From positions 13,950,001 through 14,014,000 of the forward strand of contig NW_027266308.1 of NCBI RefSeq assembly GCF_022045235.1: DNA of 64,000 nucleotides, in the 5' to 3' direction. The position numbers and the translations under genes were made by a program. The number at the start of each line of letters is the position of its first letter. Position 1 is the stretch's first letter. Source of the DNA: Haliotis cracherodii (lineage: Eukaryota). Positions 38,750 to 50,412 of the stretch are shown here, piece after piece. A model generated the notes under the pieces. That model had not been told where the DNA came from and did no database searches. It worked only from the letters and a program-made list of their open reading frames with translations.

Positions 38750-41700
38750 GGGTCTTTTATGTAACATGGAATGTACGTGGGGTCATCTATGGTACAGATT
38801 ATATTCGTAACACCTTATCAATGCCAGTTGACCTTGTTGCCGTACAAGAGCACCGGCTATCGTCTGATAAAGTAGACTGCTTAAGATCATTTCAAAACCT
38901 AAATTTAATCACATACAGAGCTTTACCCCCAAATGCGAGTTTTGCACGAGGGTCAGATGGGTTAGCTATTTTATCTAATACCCACACCAAGTGGAAATCT
39001 ATTCCAATAGCTATAAGCTCGGATTATGCAATAAGTGATAAATCGTCACAAACAGGCTACTGTGATGTTTATGTAATAGCCAGTCGACTACCATCTACAA
39101 ATGTGTTAAACTCTGTATACTGTAATGCCCTTGATGAACTCATGGATATATATGATAATCTGTGTGAGTTAGGAACAGTTTTTATCTTGGGTGATTTAAA
39201 GGCTGATGTTTGTAAGTCCAATCTAACAGCACGGGATAAGCTACTTAGAAATGTTATAGAAAATAGACATCTATTACATGCAGTAAATATGATACAATTC
39301 GGAGGACCAGGATATACATGCAGATCAAAAGATACACGTCACGAAGCCTTATAGACTATATTCTTGTACCGTCATGGCTACGGAACTTCATTACAGACTG
39401 TTACATTATAGCAAGCTGTCCTTATGAACTATCTGATCACTTTCCTTGTCATATTTCTATATCACAAGAAGGTCTAACTAGCCACGATAAAAATATAAAG
39501 CGAGTTATCCCTAAGTGGGAAAAAGCAAATAAGACTTATATTTCTATGTTTCAAGCAGAAGTTGATAGATTTATTAAATGTGCATATGATGGCAATCCAG
39601 ATCCTCACTCCTTAGATCCACAAAATTTAGAAAACCAATGTGACATCATAAATGAAATTCTTATACATGCAGGTAGCAAATGTATCCCACAAAGTGTGTT
39701 TAAGCCCTTTCTTAAAGAGACAAGATGGTCTTGATAACGCACTCTATCGTATGAGGGTGGCTCGAAGAGCTTGGATTCAAAATGGTAAATCGAGAGATAA
39801 AGATTCAAACGAACGTATATCTTACAAAAATGAAAAAAGGTGTTTTATACGCCTTTATCGCAAATGCAAAAAAGGTAAAAGGAAGGAAGTCCTTACAGAA
39901 ATAGAAAAATAATCTGAACTTGATATACATTCCTTTTACAAAACTGTAAGAAAGCAAAGGTCACAAACTACAGATTTAACAAAACTCAACTATGAGGGAG
40001 AGAGTGTCACAACACCCTCGGACATTTGTAGATTGTGGAGAAAATATTACTCTGATCTAGCTCAGCCATATTTCTCAGACACTTTTGATGAAAATTTTCT
40101 AAAAGAAATTTCTTCTTCCCTAGAACGTATTCACAAAGATATAGGGGCACATGATGAGGAACTAGAAAGACAATTTTCTACTGTAGAAGTAAATGAAACT
40201 GTAAAAACACTGAGTAGAAACAAGTCCCCTGGGCCTGATAAAGTTACAAACGAGCATATAATTCACGGGGGTGAATCCTTGATATCTGTGTACCTGTTTA
40301 ATGCTATGTCAAGACTACAATACATTCCTTTTAATCATAGACTAGGAATGGTCATTCCTATATACAAGGGTAAGAATGACAAATCGGATCCTCGAAACTA
40401 TAGAGGTATAACCTTAAGTTCATGCATTGGAAAGCTGTTTGAAAAACTTATTGTTAAGCGCCTTGAACTAAAAATGATTAAAGAGAAAGATGGTTTCCAG
40501 TTCGGCTTTAGGAAAGAACATGGGGCAACAATGTCCGTTTTTACCCTTATTGAAAGTATTGAATTTTACATACACCGAGATTCTACAGTATATGCTGCTT
40601 TCTTAGACAATGAAAAGGCTTTCGACAGAATATGGCAGGACTGCCTTTTTCATAAATTACACCAAATGGGTATCAGAGGAAATACATGGAAGTTATTACA
40701 CCATAGCTATACAAATAGCCATGCTTTTGTTACTTATCAGGGTGAACAGTCAGATATATACCATGTAAGACAAGGTGTCGGACAAGGAAGTGTTCTCTCT
40801 GCTTGGTTCTTCGTAGTCTTCATTAATGACCTTATAACAGCCCTTAGACAAGCAAATAGTGGTATTTGTGTATTTGGTCTAGATATTCCAAATGTTTTGC
40901 TTGCAGACGACACAACTCTTGTGAGCACCTCACCACGAGGGCTACAGAAAGCACTTGATACAGTACATTCATATGCCTCAAAGTGGCGACTAACGTATAA
41001 CCCTTCAAAAAGTAATGTTATTGTCTTCTCTAAGACAAAACAAAAGGGTTTAGATATTAACTGCAAACTTGGTGATATAGATATAACAACCTCTGACTCT
41101 GTCATGTATGGTGGCATACTACTAACACATAACCTGTCATGTAAATCAAGTATTGAAAAATGTTGCCCAAAAGCAAGACAAAGTATTAATTCGTTAAAAT
41201 CTATGGGACTCAACAGTTCTGAGCTACATCCAGCTACCAGTGTAAAAATCTGGTTAAGAATGATATTAAAAACAAAGTTCTTAGGGCTGCGAACTGTTCT
41301 TTCATATTAAGGGTCAAACATTAATGTCATTGAAAATACTAAACGCTATTTCGCGCGAACTGTACAAGGACTTGATAAAAGATCTCAATCAGAATCCACC
41401 ATTGCTAATCTTTGGCTTTGGACAATGATCGGCTATATCGACAAGTGTATACTTCAGCTGCTTGGCCGCTTATTTAACCTTACCTGTAACAAATTTGTTA
41501 AACATCTTTTTGTGCATTCATTGCAAATCCAACTAATCCTAAATCTGTATCTGGAGATTTATTATCAGTTCTTAACAAGTATAACCAACGAAACAACCTT
41601 TGTACATATGTAAGCTCTGGTGTATTTCCTACAAAGAGAAACTGGAAACAACAGGTTAATAAAACCATTCATGAATATGAAGAAAATATGTGGCGCAGAA

Positions 41701-42130
41701 AAGTTTCTGTCAATACTGGTCTTTCAAGCTACATGCTTATAAACACAAAGCTTACTCACCATATATTATAGCAACTAGCATATCTGTACCCAGAAAAAAA
41801 GTCAAGTCAAACTTTTGTGTTAAGAGTTTCATCACGAAACAAAACTTCCAGGGACTGTTTATTGTGTAACAAGCATGTCTTTGATTATGATGATCACATC
41901 ATATTACATTGTGAAGCTCTACTGCAGGAAAGAAATGAACTGTTTTCAACTTTTATTGATCTGCTTGATGTTGAAACCTATGTCCAGTTGGAATTACAAG
42001 ATCAAGAACATTTGTTGTAATTTTTCTTTGGTGCTGATGGCATGACACTGGTGCTACTGTCTTGTATTGTATGTACACGTAATATGATTTTGTGTGAATA
42101 CGTTTGATTAATTATGTATAATCTTCGGTA
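38750..42130 (+). mobile_element. Degenerate non-LTR retrotransposon (APE endonuclease + RT)
   Basis: TWNVRG at ~38764, VQEH, GDLKAD, IDYI, SDH; RT 40033-41310 with NYRGITL, DNEKAFD, RQGVGQGSVLS, LADD; C-terminal CLLC..H..C; many stops and frameshifts. Confidence 0.9.
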
Positions 42131-42142
42131 TGTCATGTATAA

Positions 42143-42175
42143 TCTCTCTCTCTCTCTCTGTGTCTCTCTCTCTGT

Positions 42176-42207
<32 letters not shown>
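42143..42207. repeat. (CT)n microsatellite
   Basis: Direct inspection. Confidence 0.9.
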
Positions 42208-42210
<3 letters not shown>

Positions 42211-42538
42211 CGTTACTCCCATACTTTAATATAGGCTTACAATAGTCGTAGCGCTAAGATTGCTTTGTGCAAATGGGCCCTGGAACTGTGTCGGATACAA
42301 GAATGATATCATCTGATTTTATTATTCTGCAAACATCAATAATTAAATATTGAATATCACGAAACAGCTGTATACCCTATTTTACATGCTTTGATACATA
42401 CGATGATAATTTATTTATGAGGAAGGAGAATGCTAGTGGTGATATTTATCAAAGTTATGAACTGTAGGAAGTTTGCGGAAATATTTTCCCGCTTTCTTCC
42501 TACACTTTCTTGCTTGTTTTCAATCGTTCAACACATAA

Positions 42539-44328
42539 TATTCTCAACAAAAGTTCCTGTGACACCAATATTTTAGTATATTTTACAAACAAGTAAAGTT
42601 TGTTTTTCAATATTGTAGTACATGTATGGAATCAAGTCACAAAAACGCAACTGCTACAGAAAAGCATGCATTCCATGCAAAAGTTGACTTTTATGCAAGC
42701 CCCATGCATTTCACTACCCAAGAATGGGTATAAAAAACATGTTCGTTGACGGGAATCCATTTTGTTTAGCATTGTGCTGACAACAATCACTCAGAAAAAC
42801 AACAAAATTACGCAATTATTCAACATTACGAAATGCCACGCCTGTCCGAAAATGAGCATCTATGATCCATTGGTATGCTTGAAGCAGGATCGAGTCAACG
42901 ACAATTTAACCTCCACAGAAACACCATTTGGTTTTTATGGCAACGTTGGCAACAGACGAATGCAGTCAGAGACCATCCTCGGAGTGGCAGGCCACACGTA
43001 ACCAATAATAGACAAGACAACTGGATTCGAACAACACACCTACCAAATCCATTCCAGCTAGCAACAGTGACTGCAAGAAGCATCCCTGGCCTTCGACGAA
43101 CATCTTCACAAATCGTACGTCTCAGATGTGCAGGAATTGTCGCCAGAAGACCCGCCAGACGTCCCATTTTGACAGGAAACCACCGTCAAGCACGTCTACA
43201 GTGGTGCAGACAGCGTCTACGCTGGACGGCCATGCAGTGGGGACAAGTTCTATTCCCTGACGAGTCTCGTTTTCACCTCAGCCACAACGATGGACGGATT
43301 CGAGTGTACCGACGTCGAGGTGAACGTTACATCAATCATTGTGTCATGGAAGAAGATCGGTTCGGGGGCGGCAGCGTTATTGTATGGGGTTGGATTACAG
43401 CAAGACAGAGGACCCGTTTGATAGTGGTAGAGGGAAATCTCAATGATCAGCGCTACCACGGGGAGATCATCGGCCCTGTTGTTCTACCGTGTTTGTGTCG
43501 TCATGGCCCAGGCATTACCTTTCAACATGACAACGCCCGGCCTCATATTGCTCGACTTGTTCAGGATTCTCTTGAACAAAACAATGTGAATGTCATCCCC
43601 TGGCCGGCTCACTCCCCTGATCTCTCACCAATCGAGCACATGTGGGATGAGAATGATGGATCGGCGCCTTCGACGTCAACCACGTGTTCCGCAGACACTC
43701 CAGGAACTTCGAAACATGCTCCAGCAGATATGGACAGATATCACACAGGACTTTGTGCGACGCCTGGTTCATTCCATGAGACGAAGACGTGTTGCTTGCA
43801 TCGCAACCAGTGGTGAACACACACGCTATTGATTTGTAAATTGACATTTTGGCATGTTCATGTTTTTTTTATGAAATCACGCAATGTTCTGAAACCAGTA
43901 TGGGGGGCACGGGTGGCCCAGTCGTCTAAGGCGCCGCGATTCGCTGTGCAGAGTTGCGTTCCTTTGGCACGCTAGAATCCTATGATTGTAGGTTCGAATT
44001 CCGATTCGCCCCGATTATGTTTCTAGGTTTGTCAGGACCATACCCGTGCTCGTGGGTTTCACCGAAGTGGTAAACGTCTGAGACCTGAATCACTTCGGGC
44101 TTTCCTCCCATATTAAGCTGACACGCCGTGATATAACTGGAATATTGTTAAAAGCGGCGTTAAACTCAACTCACTCTCTCACTGAAGCCAGTATGGCAAA
44201 TTAAACCATTTGAACACTTACAGGAGTCATATTTATGTTGCAAACCGAAATTGTTTCAGATTTGGTAAAAAACATAACTTTGCATTAAATCTTATTCAAT
44301 GTCACAGGAACTTTTGTTGTTCAGTATA
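42539..44328 (+). mobile_element. Tc1-family DNA transposon, degenerate, with nested SINE
   Basis: TIR core caacaaaagttcctgtgaca (42545-42564) / tgtcacaggaacttttgttg (44300-44319); transposase 42833-43832 with FPDESRF, FQHDNARPH, SPDLSPIEHMW; early stop and 3' frameshift. Confidence 0.93.
43902..44182 (+). mobile_element. Full-length tRNA-Leu-like SINE inserted in the Tc1 element
   Basis: Same family as 35755; TSD tgaa(a/g)ccagtatgg at ~43890 and ~44183. Confidence 0.92.
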
Positions 44329-44831
44329 TTTCATGCAGGGACCAAGAAGTAAAATTCCACCGTGATGAAGTTGGGTCATGATCCGGTTTTACCGCTTTTA
44401 CTTGATCACTAAATGTCTTACAAGACAATGACATAACAGCTGGGCCAATATTAAAAAGGTTTTAAAGGGCTACGTTTATAAGAAAGTTATAACAATATAT
44501 GACATTTTAAGGAAACTAACGTTTTCACTTCAAGTCTGCGCAATTGCTGATACTTTAAAGTGACAAGTACTCTTTAAGAAACAGATGGGCCAAATAAAGC
44601 ACAGCTTGTGTACACTTTTAATGAGGCACTCTTACACGAAATGATTGCTTATGGAATGTAATGTTGTAATGTCCTCTATTTTGAATTTTAACCCAATAGA
44701 ATCAATTTCGTCGGATAATCGAGACTTGCTTTTGTCTGGCGTTGACGTTTTATGAACTGACGTCGAGACGAACGCAGACCAAGACTTTGAGAGACGTTTG
44801 AAGCAAAGCGAGGTTTCCGAGGCTTACGAGG

Positions 44832-45118
44832 AGTGAGTGAGTGAGTTGGGTTTAACGCCGCTTTTAACATTATTCCAGTTATATCACGGCGTGTCAGCTT
44901 AATGTGGGAGGAAAGCCCGAAGTGATGCAGGTCTCCACTTCTCCACGTTTACAACTTCGTTGAAACCCACATGCACGGGTATGGTGCTGGCAAACCTAGA
45001 AACATCATCGGGGCGAACCGGGATTCGAACCCACAATCATAGGTTTCTGGCGTGTCCAAAGGACGCAACTTTGAACAGGAAATCGCGGCACTTTAGGCGA
45101 CTTGGCCACCCGTGCCTC
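44832..45118 (-). mobile_element. tRNA-Leu-like SINE
   Basis: Reverse complement of the 35755 family. Confidence 0.88.
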
Positions 45119-46236
45119 CAGGTAGAGGAGGATTCACATGTACAGGGGCAACCAGCTGCGTTTGGAAATACGTGTTTTGGTGACACAAGGTATAGACACA
45201 GTCACTATACTATTACCACGCCAATTTACGTCTTTATCAACTGATATTTGATGCGTGAACAAACGTTGACTTATGACAACCAATCAGAAATCGCTTACTT
45301 GTCATGTGATCGATTACATCTGCTAAACAAGATAGCGTCTGCTGAAATGAAAAAGTACGAGGGGACATTTTTTTAGTATATGGTATGGCCCGTTTGGTTA
45401 CACTGGGTAAAAGAAATGATTTAACACGTTGTACACAATGTTAACGCTTTTGAAGTTATTATGTCGGCACAGAGTCGTACAGACGTTGATTGACATCCAG
45501 GAACCAGTAGGTGAGTGAATAACTCAACGTTCACACAGAGCAGGAATATTAGAAAAGGGTTTGAATGTATTAACAAAAAGACCTTTATGAGTTTGTAATA
45601 TTGCATCCTTTCTGCTTAAAATTGGAAATACTCATCAACGGTTTCTAGGTTTACATGTATATGTCAGAGGAAAATATGTAAACTGTCAGCCATTGTAAAG
45701 GCACCTGTATTTCTGTATTCATAAAATGTAGGACATAGGCCAAATTGTGAATATATATTTTTGCACCCAGTGATAGCATCTTTGTTTCATTCTATACTCA
45801 ACACTATTCCAGCAATACATTTTCGCTTCTGGGTTTACAGTTATGTCATAATCAACGTCTCATACTTTAAGAATACTTGACACACAACTATAATCAGTTT
45901 TTTAACTTTACAGGATAAAATGGTTTATTTCAGTTGGGCAATCCTGGGAGAGGTGACCCATCATTGAATTTGTGCACTATAGTATTTATGTTGCAGGCTA
46001 AGGGAGGTTACTCGGGTCTACAAGCTATAATTTTGCATTACAGGCCAGCTCACATGATATTATTCAAGTTATACATTAGTAGCATGGCAAAGGGAGATAA
46101 CTGAAGTAAACCTTTAATGTGAAGGAATTCCCCTCTGCCTTTCGCTTTTGTCGGCCATTACAGGCAAACTGTTTTTTCCTCGTGTTCCTGCATATACTTT
46201 AGTGTTTCGCAGCATGTCAGGGAAAGAGGAAAACCA

Positions 46237-47394
46237 ATGAGGAAGCGGCCGACGCGTGGGACAAGAGCGGCCACGAAGAGGAAACGGAAGGAACAGCCCC
46301 CTTCGCAGTCGTCACCGCCCGGCATGACCGAAGCAGCGATGGGACAGCCAGATAACTTGGCGACAGCACGTGGACCCAGTCAGAGTGGCAGTCAAGTTCA
46401 AACAGACATGACGGCGCCTTCCCAGACTTCGTCAGGTGAAAATGCCAGTGGGTCTAGACCGTCTGAGGGTGAATTTGTTGACATATCCTTTAATCCAGAA
46501 GTTACAAATAATATAACGGAATTGGTTTCCTTACCCACGCAGCTGTTAAGTACACAAACACAGTCAGTCACTTCACACTCACAGCCCCCATGTTTCCCTC
46601 CCATACTGTTGACCGGGAGTGAGTTTACCCCTCCCATGACACAATGTGGTGATGATTATTTGGGGGCTAACGTTCCTTCAAGTATCAAACAAAAGATATG
46701 TAATGGTGAATATATCAATCTTGCATTGCTGCTGAAATCTGACCGAGAATTACAAGATTATGCTTGTACATCAGCCATTTTCCTTAACTCGGAAGGTCAT
46801 TTGGAACTGAAACCAAAGGCTTCAGGTAAAGTGATTGAAACCATAACTGAGTGGACAACTGCATTCACAGTGTATATCAGCATTTTTATAAAAAGTCACG
46901 CGGAACAGATACAAGGAATGCTCAAATACATGAACACAATTCGTCAGGGGGCATCTCGTCATACTGGGATTGGTTGGAGAACGTATGATGAGCAGTTCAG
47001 ACTGCGTCAAGCAAGAAATCCACAGAAATCATGGGGGTCAATCAATGTAGAGCTTTGGATGTTATACATGCAAGTTCCGTCCCAGTATTTTGGCTCATTC
47101 CCCAGAAAGGATCACCAGTCATTTCATGTCCATAACACAAACAGAAACTCAACATGCCATGACTACAACTACAGGTATTGCAGTCGAGACAAGTGCAAGT
47201 TCAAACACACCTGCTCCAAATGTGGAGGAAATTCCCACCCTGCATCTAACTGTTTGTCCAAAACACAATCTGGCAAATTTGTTTACACAAGGCAGAACCC
47301 CAATCAGACCCCAAGTTCTTCAACAAATGGCAAGAGATTATCCCAACCAGGAAGTAGCGCATCTGCTAATACAGGGATTTCAGGCAGGTTTTAA
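46237..47394 (+). CDS. Gag-like ORF of Ngaro-like YR retrotransposon
   Basis: Open 385 aa; IKQKICNGEYINLALLL, GWRTYDEQFR, and Zn-finger CHDYN..CSRDKCKFKHTCSKCGGNSHPASNC. Confidence 0.85.
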   Translation: MRKRPTRGTRAATKRKRKEQPPSQSSPPGMTEAAMGQPDNLATARGPSQSGSQVQTDMTAPSQTSSGENASGSRPSEGEFVDISFNPEVTNNITELVSLPTQLLSTQTQSVTSHSQPPCFPPILLTGSEFTPPMTQCGDDYLGANVPSSIKQKICNGEYINLALLLKSDRELQDYACTSAIFLNSEGHLELKPKASGKVIETITEWTTAFTVYISIFIKSHAEQIQGMLKYMNTIRQGASRHTGIGWRTYDEQFRLRQARNPQKSWGSINVELWMLYMQVPSQYFGSFPRKDHQSFHVHNTNRNSTCHDYNYRYCSRDKCKFKHTCSKCGGNSHPASNCLSKTQSGKFVYTRQNPNQTPSSSTNGKRLSQPGSSASANTGISGRF

Positions 47395-48696
47395 GCTTTG
47401 TTATACAGGACCGAGAGTGCTGACTACCACTGTTAAAAATCTTAAATCTATTGAACAAAATTTCTCAATAGCCCAGCAAAAGGTGCAAAAGAGTTAGCTT
47501 TAGGTAGGATAGCCGTCCCTTTTGATTCTCCTCTATTTCCTGATTTGAAACTATCACCAATAGGTCTGGTTCCCAAAAGTGTTCAAGGAGAGTACAGATT
47601 GATCCACCATTTGTCCCATCCAGAAGGTCAGAGTGTTAATGATTTTATTGACCAGTCTATCAGTTCAGTAGAATATGCAAGATTCGATAAGGCTGTGTCA
47701 ATGATTCAGGACTTAGGAAAAGGAACCTTACTGTCTAAAGCAGATATCAAAAGTGCCTTTAGGCTTTTAATTGTTTCACCCAGTGATTTTAATCTCCTTG
47801 GTTTTAAGCTAGGTGACAGCTTTTATTTTGACAAGTGTCTCCCGATGGGTTGTCGGATCAGTTGTGCCTTATTTGAAAAATTTTCATCCTTCATCGAATG
47901 GGCGGTACACCAGAACTCTGGCCATGGCAACATAATGCACTACTTGGATGATTTCTTGTTTGCAGGACCAGCAGACACTTGTCAATGTAAAGACTCTATG
48001 GATGCTTTTCAGCAAATTTGTTATCAATTGGGGGTGCCGGTAGCTCAGGAAAAAACTGTTGAACCTACAACAAAGATTACCTTTCTTGGATTAGAGTTAG
48101 ATTCTATCAATATGTGTGTAAGGGCACCACAAGAAAAGATACACAAGGCTTCCCTTATGATCAACCATGCTCTGTCACATTCTAAGCTGAGGCTCACGGA
48201 GATTCAGTCCTCAACTCACCTGCAGCTTTTCACGGATAGTGCAGGGGCCAATGGTCTGGGCTTTGGGATATACTTTCAAGGAAAATGGGCATGTGACAAA
48301 TGGCCAGGAAGCTGGATACAAGCTGGTCTCACACAGAACATAACACTGCTGGCGTACTTTCCTATTGTGGTTTCCATCGAAAAATGGGGTCCATATTTGG
48401 CAAATAAGAAAGTATTGTACCACTCTGATAACCAAGCCGTAGTACAAATTATTAACACCTTATCTTCAAAGTGTGAACATGTTAAGTCATTGGTCCGTCA
48501 TTTCGTGCTTCGATGTTTAGAGCTTAACATAACGATTAGGGCAGAATACATCGAAGGAAAGTGTAATGAGTTAGCTGATTCACTGTCGCGTTTCCAGTTT
48601 TCCAGGTTTCACCAGCTCGCTCCAGAGGCGGAGCGAAAACCAACACCAGTGCCACCAGGAGTTTGGAAAATCTTGAAGCTGAGTCCCATAGATTGA
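47290..48696 (+). pseudogene. RT/RNase H ORF of Ngaro-like element (frameshift near 47490, internal deletion near 48210)
   Basis: TPIR, RLIHHLSHP, KADIKSAFR, LPMG, HYLDDFL, FTDSAG, HSDNQAV, ADSLSR; overlaps gag and YR in different frames as in DIRS-order elements. Confidence 0.88.
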
Positions 48697-49565
48697 TTAA
48701 GGCATCCTTGGCTACAAGTACTAGGAAGACCTATATGAGTGCAATACATTCATTTTCTAGCTTCCGTCAGGCTTTAGGCTTGCAAGAAGTTTGGCCTGTC
48801 TCGGTAGAGCAGCCTATACAGTACCTTTCATATCTTTCACTAAGATCTTTCTCCTCAGCTACTATTAGTCTACATGTCTCAGCCTTAAGTTATCAACACA
48901 AGATACAAGGTTTGTCTGATCCATCAGTTCATTTCATTGTCCGGAAGATGCTTGAAGGTAGCAGACGCCTTACAAAGAAAGTAGATGTCAGAGCTCCAAT
49001 ATCTTACAAGATTTTGCTGCAGATGGCTGGGGCTTTAGGAGTGATATGCAATTCATCATATGAAGCAATACTATTTAAGGCTGCCTTCTCTTTAGCGTTT
49101 TTCGGCTTTTTCCGGGTTGGCGAACTTGTTTACACTGACAGTGATCATTCGGATCGACCGTTGATGTTACAAGATGTTTCTCTTGAGAAAACCGCTTTGA
49201 GAGTGCGAATCAGGCATTCGAAGACGGATCAGAGAGGGAAAGGTACAATTCTGTACATACACGCCGTTCCAGGAAGCAGGATGTGCCCTGTCAGCTGCCT
49301 TTGTCAGTATTTGGAAGTCCGACCACCAGGTTCAACTCACCTGTTTTGTCATTATGACATTCAGCCAGTCACTAGGTACCAGTTTTCAGCTATTGTTTCC
49401 AAATGTGTAAGGCTACTGGGTTTAAACCCCACCCTGTATAAATCCCATTCCTTCAGAATCGGGGCGGCTTCCTCTGCAGCAGACATGGGTGTACCTGCAG
49501 AAAAGATACAGCAGTGGGGTCGCTGGCAGTCTGCTGCATACGTTTCTTACATTAGAATTTTCTGA
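48663..49565 (+). CDS. Tyrosine recombinase of Ngaro-like element
   Basis: FFGFFRVGE, SKTDQ, HSFRIGAA, GRWQSAAYVSY catalytic motifs. Confidence 0.92.
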   Translation: MENLEAESHRLIKASLATSTRKTYMSAIHSFSSFRQALGLQEVWPVSVEQPIQYLSYLSLRSFSSATISLHVSALSYQHKIQGLSDPSVHFIVRKMLEGSRRLTKKVDVRAPISYKILLQMAGALGVICNSSYEAILFKAAFSLAFFGFFRVGELVYTDSDHSDRPLMLQDVSLEKTALRVRIRHSKTDQRGKGTILYIHAVPGSRMCPVSCLCQYLEVRPPGSTHLFCHYDIQPVTRYQFSAIVSKCVRLLGLNPTLYKSHSFRIGAASSAADMGVPAEKIQQWGRWQSAAYVSYIRIF

Positions 49566-49827
49566 GCAGTATATTTATGCTTTCATTCCATTAATTTACT
49601 TTCTTACACAGGGCAAGTCATGACTAAACCCTCTTAACTAACTTCAGCTTCATAACAATCATCATGATCAAATATCACATACTTTTAATTTTTATGCATT
49701 CATGTATATGTTGTTTTCCTCATTACTTCATTTCATTCTAATAATGTTACCTGCTTTACCAAGGTGTTTGGTTATTGTATGTTGTATGAAAAAATTGTTC
49801 ATGCATTAATTAAGTCTTTTTTTACAG

Positions 49828-50412
49828 ATGTTTGGATTGTAGGCTCATCATTTGTCTATTGGGCTCAGCGGCAGAGTTTCAGATTAAAGTTAGGGAGGCA
49901 TCTCGGCTTACATAAATTGGGTTTCACCTTAAGTTGGTTTGGCAAGAGAGGGATGCACTGGAGCGAGCTCAGACAGCTATTGCTGACCCAGCTTGAAAGG
50001 AAACCTCCTCCAAGTGTTATAATTCTCCACTTAGGTTCAAATGATCTGGTAAGCTCCCCTATTAGGAATTTGGTTCGAAATGTCACAGAGGATGTCATAT
50101 TTTGCTCAGATACTTCCTTTCACAGTCTTTGTATGGTCTGAGTTACTGCCACGACAGTATTGGCACATGGCTGCAAATTACAAATCAGTGGAGAAAGCCA
50201 GGAAGCGCTTAAATAGAGCAGGCATGAGTGCAGTGCTAAGGGTTGGAGGGCGATCCATAAAGCATGGTATTCGGGCTCAGGATTTGGGGATGTACATTCA
50301 TGATAGTGTCCATCTTTCAGATGTAGGGCTTTCCATATTTGTCAATACCTATCAGGAGGCTTTGGAGTACTTCCTTCTGGATGACCGATCAAAGGTGTTT
50401 ACTGGCAATTAA
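49828..50412 (+). pseudogene. SGNH hydrolase ORF of Ngaro-like element (frameshift near 50100)
   Basis: Blocks WIVGSS, GKRG, HLGSND, DSVH; begins after a polypyrimidine acceptor ctttttttacag (AG at 49826-49827). Confidence 0.85.

Noticed and set aside
46237-50412. Prokaryotic retron, phage integrase or defence operon (RT + recombinase + hydrolase)
   Set aside because: Overlapping gag/RT-RH/YR organisation and motifs are those of eukaryotic DIRS-order retrotransposons.
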